A stretch of DNA of 64,000 nt from Penicillus capitatus. Taxonomy: Eukaryota > Plantae > Chlorophyta. Made by a program: the position numbers and the translations under genes. The notes beneath the pieces were generated by a model that searched no databases, was not told the DNA's origin, and saw only the letters and a program-made list of their open reading frames with translations. How positions within the stretch are numbered: the first letter of the stretch is position 1; each line of letters starts with the position of its first letter. Location of the stretch: NCBI GenBank assembly GCA_965649825.1, contig OZ287704.1:112101-176100 (forward strand), read 5' to 3'. This document shows positions 1 through 13,755 of this stretch, one piece after another.

Positions 1-2602
1 GATCCTGCCTGTGAGCCCTCTATACGGGCGCCATCTGAGATTTCGTTTGCAGTCATATTCAGGCAGAAGGGCGTCAGATCGACGCTTCCGTCATCCGGGT
101 TAACACTGGTGTTGGTGCGCATACGAAATTTTTCTCCAGGACTGCACGAGACCTCGATTCCCGCGGGCTGTGTTGAGAAAATGCCTCCGGCGTACAGTGC
201 CCTGTTTTTCGTTATCGTGACGTTGTGCAGTCCGAAGATCTGACACGTGTCCAGTCCGTACACAGAAGGAAAGCACGAAAGTTTCTCTGTGTTGAGCCAG
301 TAATGTCCTGCCATATGAACTGAGAAGCCACCTGCGAAGACAGCAGTCCACAGAGGAAGCAAGCATCGCGTAGACGTACCGCCGACGGAAGCTTCGTTGC
401 CTGTCACCTCAAGATGCTGGAAGATGATCTCAGCGATGGTGTGATGGCGGACAGCAGTGAGGACGGCGGCGATGCCGCCTCCGTGTCCTTCGTCCACATC
501 CGTGATGAACGTGTAGGGAGTGAGATCGCCGTACTGCTCCGTCGTGTTTGGCATTCTAACTTCAGCCGAAGGCAATGGCTCGTACTGCTCTCCTCGTTCG
601 ACCAGGTCCCGCATCGCTGGCGTCTCCAAGCGCAACGCCTTGTTGTCGACGACCGTGCTGTTCATCATCTGCACACCGAGGCGCAGCCATAGAGACAGCA
701 CTCGGATTCGGAGAGCTCATACTCTGAAGACGATCAGGTATGCTCGTCCTGGCTCGTAATAGAGACCGCCGCCGATGCCAGCTGTGTTGCCGCGGATGAT
801 CGTCGGCTGTTCGTTGTCGTCGGTGGTGATGTTCGTGTTCACCGTTCGCAAGAGAGCAATGCCTCCTCCGGCCAAGGCTCTGTTGCCCTCGATGAGGACA
901 CCCCGGATCAACACCTTTCCGTTGATCTCGTTTCCACGAAGCCCTCCTCCGTGACGAAAGGCCGTGTTGTTCTGGATGACTAAGGCCGTCAGATTCATCT
1001 CATCTGAGCAACACCCGAATACATGCCGAGTGAGAAGCATCGACGAGGTTACCTGCGAAGTCCGCCAAAATCCCGCCTCCGTACATGGCCACATTGTTTT
1101 TCAGGATGCTGAGAGCAGTCAGGTCCGTTGGATCGTGCTCGGTGACAAGGATGGAGCTTTTCCACAGCATAATACCACCGCCGTAGACGGCGCGGCCTTT
1201 TTGGACGATAGTGTTTCTCATGGTCAATCGGACGCACTCGAGGGCGATGCTTCCTCCGGAAGAGAGTGCGACATCCTGTTCGAAGACACACGACTGGATG
1301 ACGTGTTTGGACAGGCGTGGACCCGATGCTCGTATCGCCACGGAGCCTCCGAAGCGTGCACGATTCCTCTGGAAGGACGTGTTGGTCACCGACCACTGAC
1401 TGATCCACTCGGGCCCGTGTTCTCCGTACAACGCACCCCCGAGATGGGTCTCCCCTCTCGGCTCTGGTGGAGAGATCAACGCGTCATTCTGAGATCCGCA
1501 GAAAGCTTGATTTTCTTCGAAGTGAGAATCTGTGACGTTCAAGTGAAAAGTCGAGGTGCCACTGTTGTCGGGTGCGGACGTCAGGATGGCGATGCCACCT
1601 CCACCACGACATCCGACATTGCGTGAGAAAGCCGAACCCATGACCGACACGATAACGACGTTGTGTGCGTAGATGGCCCCTCCTTTGCCGAGAAACTCCA
1701 CCTCATCATTCTTCGTCATCCCCAGGCCCTTCCTTTCGTCTCTGCTGGGCTTCCTGCCGTGCGCTCTGTTGTTCTTAAAAACTGAAGAGCGAATGGCTGC
1801 CGAGGATCTGAGTCGATGGTTATTCATGTAGACTGCCCCACCAGCCAGATCCGCTTCGTTGCGCACGAAGGTTGAGTTGCGGACAACGAGTCGGGTGTCT
1901 TCCAAAAAGAGCGCGCCGCCGATTGACCCTCGGTTCTGAACGAACTTACAGAAACGGATTCGGAGGACACGGCGAGTACATGAGGACCCCTCTGCACATT
2001 CTGCAATTCCCACAGCTGCTCCTCGGATTCCCTTTCCTCTGTCGCCATTTCGGTCGAAGACAACGTTGGCGAACGTCACGTATCTCCTCTCGGATCCATT
2101 ATCGTTCCGCCTGTCCACCAGCACAGCCGAATCCCGGCGGCAGTCCGTGATGGTGAGGGAGCTGATGCCCACACCGCCCTCTCTGAAGACAAACGACGGT
2201 CAGCGAATTCCGCCGGTGCGCGCAACGTCCTGCAACCTGACGACAAAGGCGTTACGCACGAGTTCGCCCGAACAGCGGACAGCTGTTCGATTCTCGCCGC
2301 GTCCTCTCAGCTTCAGCCCAGGTGCGTCGAGCAGGATGGATTCGGTCAGGCGTATCTCCGACGCATCGAGGAAGACTGTTTGGTTTGGACGGATGTTGGA
2401 GAGCTTCTCCCGCAGTTCGGTCTCTGACCTCGCGACGATGTCGCCGCCAGGTCTGTCGTCGGATCGCCTCGTCTGCCCTGTCGGCAAACACATTTATTCC
2501 TTCAGGGCGTCATGGATGTTAGTAACCATGAGCTGAAAAGGCGAGAACGAGAACGAGGATGAGCGTTAAACACAGAGGACATGCATTGCGACAGCCAAAC
2601 AT
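1..2602 (-). CDS. Pmp-repeat (beta-helix) cell-surface receptor-like protein, paralog 1; multi-exon, 3' end runs off the window
   Basis: ATG at 2602 gives the signal peptide MFGCRNACPLCLTLILVLVLAFSAHG. Introns of 49 and 54 nt join the 2200-2493 and 1000-2172 ORF pieces in frame. Repeated GGA(I/L)/FxxN motifs (FVQNRGSIGGALF, FVRNEADLAGGAVY, FQRNRARFGGSV). Later exons (GHGGGIAAV..., CFPSVYGLDTCQIF) align with paralogs 2-4. Confidence 0.85.
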
Positions 2603-3891
2603 TTTGCCTCCACGCAGGTATCGGTCTTTTTGCGAAGTTCAAAAGAACGCGAACCGCCTACACGACCTGATGTCATCATGCATAATAGACAGATTTCGCT
2701 AGAAGTTGCATGATAGACAGATTCCCCATACGGGTCCTGATAGAAGGCCACGGGTCATGTTATACCGAGCGCAAGGTGGTAAAGAACAGACCGGCGAGGA
2801 ACAGAGCTCCGAAGCAAAAGAAATCCGGCGGGTCGAGCTATAGGATGGGATGGACAAGATACCGGCATAGCCAAATGTCCTAAGGGTCGGTCAAGTGTTC
2901 GCAGTCTCTGCTCTACACAAGACAATGGCATTGCCGGTTCTACTCGAGAACAGTGCTTCCGAGTCGAAGAAAGACAGCGATGAAGCAATTTATGTGACGT
3001 TCTGCGCACGGGAGCTTTGGTGGACCACCCTGAGAGGGCCAAGCATTTGATGACGTCGATGAGGTAGGAGTGAATAGCGTCTTCCGCTGTTGTGCGCCTT
3101 TAGATCCTTTTATCTAATAGCGCGCGTCCTGCTAAGCTTCGAAAGTAGGATGTTTCGAGAACTCTGTACTCACCGGGGCATGAAGGCATTGTTTGAATTG
3201 GCGGGCTCTTGTGTAAACATTGACAGATCTTCTAACGATCTCTCGGAGGTACAGATCTTGTTCTTACTCCCTTGATGGATGTCCCCAAATCTGAGTGTCC
3301 GAGAGTGGCCGAGGCGAGAAGGAGTGAGGAAGGGTAAAGTCGATGCCTCCCGATCGTCTTGGGTCTCTTCCTTTGTCTACTGGACCGTACCCGTTGATGT
3401 GACATCGAATCTCCGGCTGACGTGACAGATTCGAATCGTAAACGTATCCAAGGAGCCGTTCGCTTCGCCACAGACCAGCAGATAAGCTCGTGCGATTGTC
3501 ATCATCTAACAATGCGAAGTGTGATCGCTGCATTTTACACAACGGATGTCTTTAGACACTCGCCTTATCGCAGAAGATTGCTCGTGTCGTCGTCGACTGA
3601 CAAGTGCTGCTCGCACTGCAAGAACAATCACGTACATCAGTTCAGCTTCGACGTCTCTTTACCCTGGCTGTGTGGATGGACAACCGTTTTCTTTGCTGTC
3701 CAAAGCATGGGCACGGGAAAACGTGGACGGGACGCGCCGACGATGTCCTGTCAACTGCACGACAGCTAGGACGGCATTCAAGTTCGACCACGCATACCTG
3801 AGGCTGCATTTGATTCGAACCTTGCATTTGAATCCGAGCAAGAAGCGTTTTTTATCTCGCCGTCACACAGATCTTGTTCTTCTGTGTAAAC

Positions 3892-5921
3892 ATGAAGTGC
3901 GCCGCACTACACTCGTGGACATGTCTTCTTCTCGTTCTTCGCGCGACATTCGCCAGTCATGGTACCGCCTCAGAAGCATCCTTCCTTTCAACGAAGCGTG
4001 TTGCGGTGTCAGAAGGAGTTCTGCCGTCCACGGAACTGGACATCGGGGACAGGCATATGCACGTCCACGCCGCCGAAGTCAACCGCGAAACACATCAGGT
4101 AGAATCGCGCAGACGTGAGGTCATTGTAGCCGCGGAAGCTGCCTTCGCAGTCTGTCGGTGGAAGCGACGGGAGCGCTAAAGCGCGCAGCAACGTGGGGCC
4201 GACCCCACTTCACCTGGCAGTGGCGGACGGACGAGCGGATGATGCGAAAGTGCGTCCTGACGTGGAAGAAAATTTTTCAAGGCTAATCGCCTATACAGGC
4301 ACTGCTCCGCGGAGGAGCCGACATCGAAGTCACAGACGAGACAGGACTGACTCCACTCTACTACGCGGTCCTGTCCGAGAAGGTGGAGATGATAAGAGTA
4401 AGTCATCGATTATGCGCAAACGAGTGAGTGTTCGAGTGTTCGCAGGTCATGCTCGCCGAGGGTGCGAAGATCGAAGCTTCGACCTCTACGGGATGGACTC
4501 CACTCTTCTACGCCGTCTGCACTAAAAACGTGGCAGTCGTCAAGGTAACAAACCAGAAGATGATCGAAGCTCTGCGGACAGATGATTCGACAGGCTCTCC
4601 TGCTCGGCGGCGCAAACACCAAGGCGATCGACACGAGACGAAACACCGCGCTCCATTACGCATCGCTTTTCGGGACCGTCGCGACAGTCAAGGCCCGTCC
4701 TCTCTCGAGCCGGACTCTGGGAAGAACAGTTGGTCTCTGCAGGCTCTAATCGATGAAGGAGCGAACCTGATGGCGGTCGGCGAAGGAGGACAGACGCCTC
4801 TCCATCTTGCAGCGCAGTCGAAGGACGCTGAACTAGTGAAGGTGCGTTTTGACGCTTTGGTGAGAGAATTTTATGGTTGCTTCCTCTGTAGGTCCTGCTT
4901 GACCGAGGTGCAACGGTCGACGCAACTGATGATGCTGGACGGACTGCGCTTTCCTGGACGGCATCTCGTGGAGACATCGAAGTTGCAAAGGTGCGATGCC
5001 GATCCGTCCAGGTCTCACCAATGACACTTGTCGATGCAGGTCCTGCTTAGCCGAGGCGCAAAGACTACGATAGCTGACAGTCATGGACGTACTCCGCGTC
5101 AGTGGGCAGAAGTGTCAGGACACTCGAAAGTCGTAGAGGTGGGGTACAGTTCTGCTACGGTCTCGTAGAGATAGGTAGTTGTCAACGCAGACATTCACAC
5201 AGATCGAAGCGACCCGTCGTCAGCAATCTACCCGCCGTCTGATTGAGGCAGTGGAATCCGGAAACGTTGAACTCGTCAAGGTTTGCCGCCCCGACTGTTC
5301 TTTGTTTGTCACTTGGGGCGTGCCCACCCGCCGACGAAGGTCCTTCTCGACCAAGGTGCAGACATTGAAACGAAAGGCTATCACGGATGGACCCTACTCG
5401 ATTACGCAATATCTCATCAAAATCGTCAAATCTTCATGGTATGTCGACGCAACTGCTCCCGGCCTTACGAAAAACGGTCGACGGCACAGGTCCTGCTTGA
5501 CCGAGGTGCAGATATCCAGGCGACTGCCTTCTACCAGTGGACTGCACTTCATCACGCGACAGTATATTGTCGAGGGCCTGAATTCGTAAAGGTGCATTGA
5601 AGCACTCTTTCAAAGTCACCTGATGACGACGGCCGCCTTGCAGATCTTGCTTGCAAGAGGTGCATATGTCAACGCGGCTCTCAGCGACGGACGGACTGCA
5701 CTACATTTTGCAGCAGAATACGCACGTCTTGATACCGTAAAGGCGAGTTGCAGATGTTCGGGTCCTGTGGCATTTAACCTGTTCGACAGGTCCTGCTTGG
5801 TTATGGCGCATCGAAGACGATCAGGGACAAGGAAGGAAAGACACCGTTCAATTACATATGCAAGAGTCGCGGCTGTTCTTCCCAGATTCGATCTACCTTC
5901 CAGTCTCTCTTGCGTCCTTAA
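3892..5921 (+). CDS. Ankyrin-repeat protein with predicted signal peptide, one repeat per exon
   Basis: ATG 3892 MKCAALHSWTCLLLVLRATFASHG. Phase-0 exons 4151-4249, 4299-4397, 4446-4544, 4594-4692, 4743-4841, 4892-4990, 5040-5138, 5203-5280, 5340-5438, 5490-5591, 5644-5742, 5790-5921 splice into one frame. That frame carries LL..GA....D..G.T(P/A)LH.A ankyrin motifs and ends at TAA 5919-5921. Confidence 0.9.
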
Positions 5922-7112
5922 GGTTTGCGACGATGGATTTCTCAAATGACACGTTTTCCGTTTCAACTTGTCATCCGCATGCCATGCACGTTCAACTGGA
6001 TGGAGCTGCTGTATAAAGTTCCATCTCAACTGTTCAACTCTGTCAAAGATGATTGAATGTCTTGATTGTGTCTGCCGACGCGACATTCTCCGATTCTTGC
6101 GCTAAACGTGCGCAAACACGCGGATATTCTGCACAGCGCGGTGGAGCATGGGCCTTTTGGTCGGGAAGTTGTCGCTGCGACGAGTGTATCTATCATCAGT
6201 ACAGAACTTCGGTAGGCGCACCGCTACAGAACGAACTTTTGATGGTCCAAGTTCTCTTTCTTGTCGTTCTGTGTCCCTGCTCGACGACCCTACTGGTAGA
6301 CTCGATGCAAACAGTAAGCACATCTGTCACGCGACGCAAACGGATACGGGTGTCGCCGATCTGGGTCCTCTGGAAAACCGCAAAAGCACACACAGAGTGT
6401 TGTTGAAGATTCAGTTCGTGCAGCGCAGACTTCGAAGCTACTCGAAAACCTGGTCGAACGAGACATTGAACATCAGGAGTCCGAATCTTGAACGATAGCC
6501 AATCGTCATCATCAACACATCATTTGTTTGGTCTTTCAATGTTCCATTGACGTTTCAGTCTTTTGACAGCCTCTTAGGGTTACCTAGTGGGCGGCCTCCG
6601 ATCCCGTGTCTGCGCATCTCTCGTAAGGCAATCAGCTTGTCGCGTCTGATGGAGGGACAAAGGGCGAGAGACTGGCATTTGCTGCCTCCTGTCGACAGCT
6701 TTCGTCGATTTGTCGTTTGATGCGACGGCTTCAGTACAGACGCACGCACCTAAATGCCGGAGACACATCGTCGCATTGTCATGCTCATCGGCCTCAGCCG
6801 CGAGGGTCTTTCCCCCCACTCTTAAATAACCTCCATCGCTAACTGTTTTTGTCTAGCTCGCTCCGCGGTTGCAGAGAAGCTCCGCTCCCTCGGCTGGGCC
6901 GTCGTGCAAGTACACCCTTCCCGGATAACAACTGAAGGAGCTTACGTGACGCGCAGGGACGCCCGAGCAATCCTCTAGTCGCGGAGGAATTCGTCAATTT
7001 AGTCCTGTCTGGACGTGAAGTCGTGCTGGACGAGTATCCGATGCATCCCATGACATTCATCGAACTCGCGTGCTGTTTCTAGACCGAATACTCAACGGAC
7101 AGAACGGCGACA

Positions 7113-8304
7113 ATGGTTTCAATGCATCGAAGAGTATCTGAAGAACAGACTTCTGAAGTAAGGGGCGAGACGGTGGGCACGGTGGTCGATTCTTCTGTCC
7201 AGATGGCCACTGTATTGGATCGGTTTGATGACAGAAGGATCCTCGCGGAACGAAGAGGGCGTCCAGCTAGAGCAAGACGCTTGGCGTGTTGCCGCCCCCA
7301 AGCGCAAGGAAGGCTTCAGCAGCGTTCTGTTTCTCTCGGACCTGCCCTGCGATCCTTCGCTCTACTTTTCGTCCTCCGCTGCCCCTCGATGTCGACACCC
7401 ACCGGCGAATGGCATTCTCCCTCTGGAGGACCGTTTCCAGTTAAGCTTGCGAAGCGTTCGGATACAAGGAGGCGAAACCCGTGTGTCTCTCTCGGCAGAT
7501 GGGATGCAAGCCTTCGGCGCCGCCATCTCGCGGACGGAGATGTGGTTTTGCTCTTCGACCTCAACGGCACGCTCACCAGTCATACAGCTCAGAGGAGATC
7601 GTCCGGGAGGAACAGACTCAGACCGGGGACAGAAGATCTCATGAAACTCAAGGTGCGGGACCTCCTCCCTCTTCTCGCGTGCACATCACACCAGTTGCGT
7701 TTCCCTCCAGGAACGTTTTCGGCTTGGGATATTCAGCTCGTCGACGCCCCGCACCGTGGATACAGTCTTGTCCATGTTCCGAGCGCACCTAGGTGAACAT
7801 CTCTTCGATCCGGAGCTCATTTTCTGCAGAGATCACACGCGACCCGTCAGCAGAAGTTCGTCCCATCGCACACGACGATAACGGGACAGACGTGTCTTCG
7901 TGGCACCAGGTCTTCAGCGGCACTACGGTCTGAAACCGTGGGACACTGTTAAGCCGCTCGGACATCTCTTCAGCGACATCCACCGAGTGGTGCTCTTTGA
8001 CGACGATCACTGGAAGGCGGTGAGAGGAGAGGAGGCAAACATGGTCATAGTACCCTGCTGGGAATCGGAGGATGCACAGGACTCCGTTCTCCGAAACCTC
8101 GTGCGCCATGTCTTGGATCAGTTGGGCGACGTCTCGTCAGATGAAGATCTACGCGGCAGGACGAAGCACCTCACGGACGCCTTGCAGCCATCCGTACCCC
8201 TGCAAGGGAACAACAACATCGCTCCGTTCCCTCAAAAGACCTTTCCGCGGCACAGATCTGCTCAAAAGCCAAAGAGCGCGAAGAATGCGAAGAGAAGATC
8301 TTGA
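7113..8304 (+). CDS. FCP1/NIF-like (CTD-phosphatase family) HAD phosphatase, multi-exon; start uncertain
   Basis: Motif I VVLLFDLNGTL; spliced exon ERFRLGIFSSSTPRTV; DTVKPL...VVLFDDDHWKA...N..IVPCW resembles the NIF domain C-terminal motifs. TGA at 8302-8304. Confidence 0.7.
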
Positions 8305-8627
8305 AGGCGGAGGGTTTCCAGAAGGGACAGATCGTTAACAGAAAGAAACAGTTCAGTGGTTGCTTTTCATGTGCGGGTAGGCGTTCAACATTCTTTCCTG
8401 AGAGGTTTGTTCCTGAATTTCGAGCCCGGATGATGTTATTCCGGAGACTTGGGCGTTTGATGGCTGTGCTCTGCTCTGAACACTGGCTTGTCCACTCTGA
8501 CTTGAGTCGTTGTTAAAATGCGCGGCAATCTGCGGAGAATCCTGCTGCGATTCGACCAAAGCGAGACGACTGCGTCACCTTTCCAACGGTGGAGACGATT
8601 CCTCGAAGCCTTGAGGCAACTGAGTCG

Positions 8628-10759
8628 TCACTGAGGCACGTTCCGATCGTCTGTCTCTGATTGCCCGCATCTAGTATCACACCGTGAGCAATGATCCTGC
8701 TCGAGAGTCGACGTGCTTGGCAGTCGGGAAGGGCCGATTTCGGAACAGGATGCTAGACCTGTCGTCGGGGACACATCACCGTCGGATTCTATGGTCAGCG
8801 CCGTCACTCTTCTTCTGCACCAAATGTACACCACATGAAAAAAGTGTGAGATGTATGGGGTCTGACTGGACAGGGATCATGCTGGGATGAGATCCTTGGA
8901 CAACGAGGGACTCGACGAAGGTTTTCACGGCAGGCGGAATTCTGCTTCTTCCGTTCTCTCGTGCCATTTCTTCGGCGGCTGCACGCGCCAGGTTGATCTG
9001 TATGGCGCCACAAGCTCGCCTGGTGGCCTCATCGCCTCCCGGGTTCCACTTTCTCTTTGCCATGTAGAAGGCAGCACCCGCTGCGAGAACTGCGACGCCC
9101 CCAGTGCAGAGCAGACTGAGAGCGATGCTGAATCCGGCATGCATCACAAAGACAACACCGAGTGCGGCCGTTCCGTACAGGAAAGCTAGAAGAAGCAGAA
9201 ATCGGCCGAGGGTCAACATAAAGAATCTCTGCCCCAGATCCCCAGCTGCCTGAAGAATCCCTTGGAACACGTCATTCTGGAAGCAGTCACAATCATCCAT
9301 GGCCTCTCAAAGAGATCCAGATTTCTTGCCTGGTTCTGCGCATTGGGCTGCAGCTCTGCTCTGGAGCTGGGCACCGTAGCAGTGCTTTGTGGTATACCGA
9401 TCTGCTGAACAGCTGCCGAGGATGATCCGTTTCGCATCTGGTGCCTGTCTGGTGCATCCGTTTCTTCTCGAGACGGCATTTCGCTGTCCGTCTGGATGTT
9501 GGATGCTTCGGGAAACGTTATCTGTCCCGAGCTCTCGGACGGAAGCCTGACTGGCTCACTGGTCTGGCTTCTTGCAAAATCTGCTGCGGAGCTTCTCCAA
9601 ACTTCGTTCATGACGCTCTCGAGCGCAGTCGGATCCTTAACATATCTATCACACTAGGCTCGGTATCGTACAGTAGTCAAAAAGGGGGAGCACCTCTGCA
9701 TGAGTTCCTTGGACTGCGAAATCACCAGATCCATCGATGCCTCTTCGTCATGTTCGGACGACGTATGGCGAAAGAGATCTTGTTCCAGAAGCGTCTGTTG
9801 CAGCATCAGATGCGAGAGATTCCTGGCGCATTCCTCGAGATAGTCAAACAGCTCTACCACGGGCATTTCCGTCTCATCGGGTGCCAGAAGGCTATCGAAT
9901 GTTATTTCGGCCGCTCCAGACAGTAAATGCTGTGTTGTTATGAAGCTCAGACTTCCGTTTCTCTACGCATCACTCTTTCCGAGAAACGTTTCTCACACAA
10001 AACTGCTGACCCGATCGGAGGTTACTGGATTCCAGACCGAACGCACTGAACGCATCAGAATGGATGCGGCGTAAGAGACGACGATAAGATGTGGAACGAC
10101 ACTCAAAATCTCTTCTCTCTTCAGTCCTGAGCGATCACGCATCGTTCTCCTATCACACGCTCTCTATAAGTTCGCAACAGCACACCGTGTACCTCGTGAT
10201 GGTCTCAATCATAGAAGTACACTGTTCGAGAGGGGGAAGGGCGACGACGAAGCACAGGAAGAGAGCAATGGTGCTGCAAGGTATACAATGTTCTCCCTGG
10301 GCTAGAGCGTCGACCACTTCACCGAGCACTGCCTCATCGTACGGTCGGCCGCTAAAAGGGTATTTCCCAGTAGAGTGCGTGACTCGAGGGGCACAGGATA
10401 CCTCTCAACTCTCTTCAGCTCGAGAGATTGCAGCAGACGCCGAGTCTTCTCGATGCATAGGTACTCTTTGTGCTTGAGAAATTCGAAGAGGGAGAGTCTT
10501 CTGTATCGAGCCGATTCCGCGAAGCCTGTGCCATCACGTGACGCCTCTTTGATGAAAGTGTCTGAATCTGGCGGACCCGTTTTTCGGAGGACCTCGTCGC
10601 AGGAAGCCACTTTGTAATCATCGTCCTGTGCAGCAAGAGACAAGAGCGCTGCCACTTCAGGTAGCTGCATCTGCGGTCTATGATATTCGCATTCCTTCGG
10701 CGTTCAGCCGCAAATGCCACGTCAACCGCTGTCGTACCAACTGCGGTTAAAGATTCCAC
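8628..10759 (-). CDS. Hypothetical multi-exon protein(s), including a two-TM segment; one or two genes
   Basis: Collinear minus-strand ORF pieces (10302-10670, 9654-9866, 9213-9611, 8776-9300). The last has hydrophobic helices (FLLLLAFLYGTAALGVVFVM; FSIALSLLCTGGVAVLAAGAAFYM). No family motif recognised and splicing not resolved. Confidence 0.35.
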
Positions 10760-10824
10760 AGGCGACGTCGAAGCGGAGAGAGTGACGTGACATCAGAGAT
10801 GCAGTCGAACTATGGCACGTCTTT

Positions 10825-12297
10825 TCACAAGAGCTGTTTCACATCGATGCCCATAGCCGTAAGGAGAAAGAGAATCGCCAGAACGGTCGAATTCCACATG
10901 CTGTGCATCAGCATCGGCGTGGCAAGGTTTCTGGAACGAACGTACATCAGGCTCCAGACACAACTGCAGCACCATTGAAGGAAGCAAAGGGAGGAATCGT
11001 TGGCCTTACCCGACGGCTGTCAGATAAGGAAGATCTTTCATAGTCAAGTGGGCACCACCGAAGACGATGCTGCTGATGATGATGGCCTGATACGTCGGCA
11101 TCCACTTCATTAGACTTGTTAGCAGAAATCCACGAAAGACGGTCTAGAATGCACAAAGGGTTGCGTTACGAGGCTCTATTCGCATTACCTCTTCGAGGAA
11201 TGGGGCCAGGACGCCCACGACGGTTATCAGAGATAAGAAAGTGACTGGATCCAGGGAAATCATCCCAACGACCGAATCGACTGTCCCCGTGCCCGATCCC
11301 TACGATCTTCGCACAACACTCTCGTCCAGTAAAACAATCGCTGTGCCCTGCCTCGATGCCCAGGCGGGAGAGAAGGATGGCGAGCAGGGCATTGGCAGCA
11401 ATGGAGAGCACGATGCCAATCAGCGCCCAGATGAGCCATCCGTATCTTTTCTCTAAGGGCCTCTGCAGAGAGAAGCGGAACAACTCAGATTCTGCACCGA
11501 TCGTCCACCTCTGCGTCACAACATAAATAATCCCTATCCCTGTCAGCGTCTCCGCTGCCTGCAGCAGATGATCATTTCGTGCATGTCACTCACATAAGAA
11601 ACACGGCATCTCTTAGACCTGGATGCATAGAAGCAGCGTGGCCTGTTGAGAACCTGCTAGCTTGGCGAAGGAGGTCACGCCGACGAGCTTGAAGAGTGAA
11701 GGAATGAAAACGAATCCGACGGTAGCAGAGCCGAAAACCCATCCCGCCATGCCCAGAAAAACAGTCAAGCCATTCCACGGAACCTGAATCCAACAACGTC
11801 GGAAGGTCACGCCTTTTCCGACAGGGAACTTCGAATTTTTCATTGTACGCTTCCCAGCTCAGCCAATCCCATGAGGTCTCCGCTGTCGAACCCTAAGACT
11901 ATGCAGTGAGCCCTCAGATGGATGCAGGATGTTGGCTGACGATGGGATCCGACAGATCAGCGCTCTGGACAACTTCCGCCTCTCTTCCATCTTCTGCAGT
12001 AGAATCGGGATCAAGGCTGCGTGTCCGGAATACAGGCACCTTTTCTCGCAGAGACGGACAGAAGAGACCGCTTCTTGTCGCAGCGTTGTGGAGACGCGTT
12101 GGTAAGTGTGGGCGGCGACCGTTGGATCTTTCGACTGGTCGACAGTTTTCCAGTTGTCCACCTTCGGTGGCAAGATGTCGTGCAGATCGCCTCCATCTGC
12201 ATCTGCATGCCACTGGCCCAGATGCGTTGTTTTCGATCGAAGTGACGTTTGATTTCTGTATCTGCGCGCTTACCCTGCCGACGTACAGACGGCGCAT
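10825..12297 (-). CDS. CPBP (Abi/CAAX type II) family intramembrane metalloprotease, multi-exon; start uncertain
   Basis: Spliced frame gives WEAYNEKFEVPWNGLTV..., VLAPFLEE|TVFRGFLL, SSIVFGGAHL and PMLMHSMWN, matching the EExxFRG, FxxxH and HxxxN CPBP motifs. TGA at 10827-10825. Confidence 0.8.
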
Positions 12298-13755
12298 CAA
12301 AAGGGTGTTCGTTCGTTACTCTAATCCCCCCGTTTCAAAAGGCGACGCAAAAGCACGCTGAAGCAATCAAGAGCTACAAGGAGCATACCTTGGCGGAGCC
12401 TTTCTATCTAGGACTCGACTCCAATAACCGCTGTCTGTTTGCGCGATGACAGTCGCAGCATGGTGTAGTGGTGCCAGAGTTTCGGGACTTCCGTTCCCGA
12501 GTGATTCACAAAATCTAAACGATCTCTTCTAACTCAGCACTCCTGAGCAACAGACGTGAATGTTCCTGCACACTCCACCGCGTCAACCTCATACATGCGC
12601 CGTTTTTTCAGCAGGGTTGTTGCTGACTGGGTACGAACGCGATTATCATCCTTGTCAGTATGGAACAGAGAAAGTGTTGTGCGCGATCGATGATGGATTT
12701 AGACCACAAGAGACTAGATTCGACCATGAAGGGAACAGCATGGCAGAACACGAGGAGAAGAAATTGGGCCGCAAAAGACGGAACGTTAAATACTCTCGAG
12801 AAAGACAAACGAATGTCTAACTAACATGGCAAGCAAGAAGGAAAAAATCAACACGTACCAGATATCTCAAACTCAATCGTCTAACTTTTTCTCTTTCACA
12901 GCGATCTCTCGGTCTCCCTTGGCCTCTGCCGTGCGTGAACGAGGCGTTACGCGATGGTTGCAGACAGTGACCAATGGATCCTATCTATCAACTCTGAAGA
13001 CGCTCACTGGCAGTCGTTTTCTCTGCACCATTAGTCTCGCCTCTTCATTGTCGTTTTTTTGCTCTTTCGTCCGCTGGCGTTGGAAAGAGTGTATGTTGAA
13101 AGAAGGCATTTTTGTCTATAGACACAATGTGGCATCCTACGGTGCCAGAGTGTGTGGCATACCTACCGTACGTCGTGGCAGCTCGACACACGGTGCCCCT
13201 CGCGCAGAGAGCTCCAACAGTTTCAAAGGTCGTCCGGTTGATTCAAGATCGAGGCGAGAGCTATGTCGTTCTTCCTCCATCACTCCTTCGACGGTAAAAG
13301 GAAGAATCTTTTCAAGCTTTGCAAACACATTACCCACGAGGACGTTGCGTTGCTCTGTTGGAAGTACAGCCGAGTGTGCGATGCGGCAGACCTAAACCGA
13401 AAAAGACACGACAGTCCGCCGACTTGAGATTCGCCGCTCCTTGTACTTCGGTAATTAATCCAAATGCGATCTCGCTTCTTCGGCTTAGATGTGGCTCGCA
13501 AAATCAAAATGGTTGCTTTTCAGTGATGTATCTTGTTCGGAGCCCGATCTGCCCTCACTCTTCGCCTGCTTTCTCTAGCAAACTGTGTTGCGAGACGGAA
13601 CGCGGGATCTGCGATAGATGACAGTTGCGCCGCGAGGTTCACCGTTGACGTCGTGTCAATGCCTCGTTGTTAGTCGAGAAAATGACTTGTTCCGCTTTTA
13701 AACAATAAATGCTTAGCAACCATCCTTTTGTACATATTCCATAACGTTTGGCGTC

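Noticed and set aside
6000-7100. Ankyrin-like remnant on the minus strand (ELLCNRGAS*)
   Set aside because: Every frame after the candidate splice hits a stop and the similarity is only a few residues, so no gene model can be supported.
12458-12500. tRNA-like start ATGGTGTAGTGGT
   Set aside because: A-box-like only; no B box or cloverleaf.
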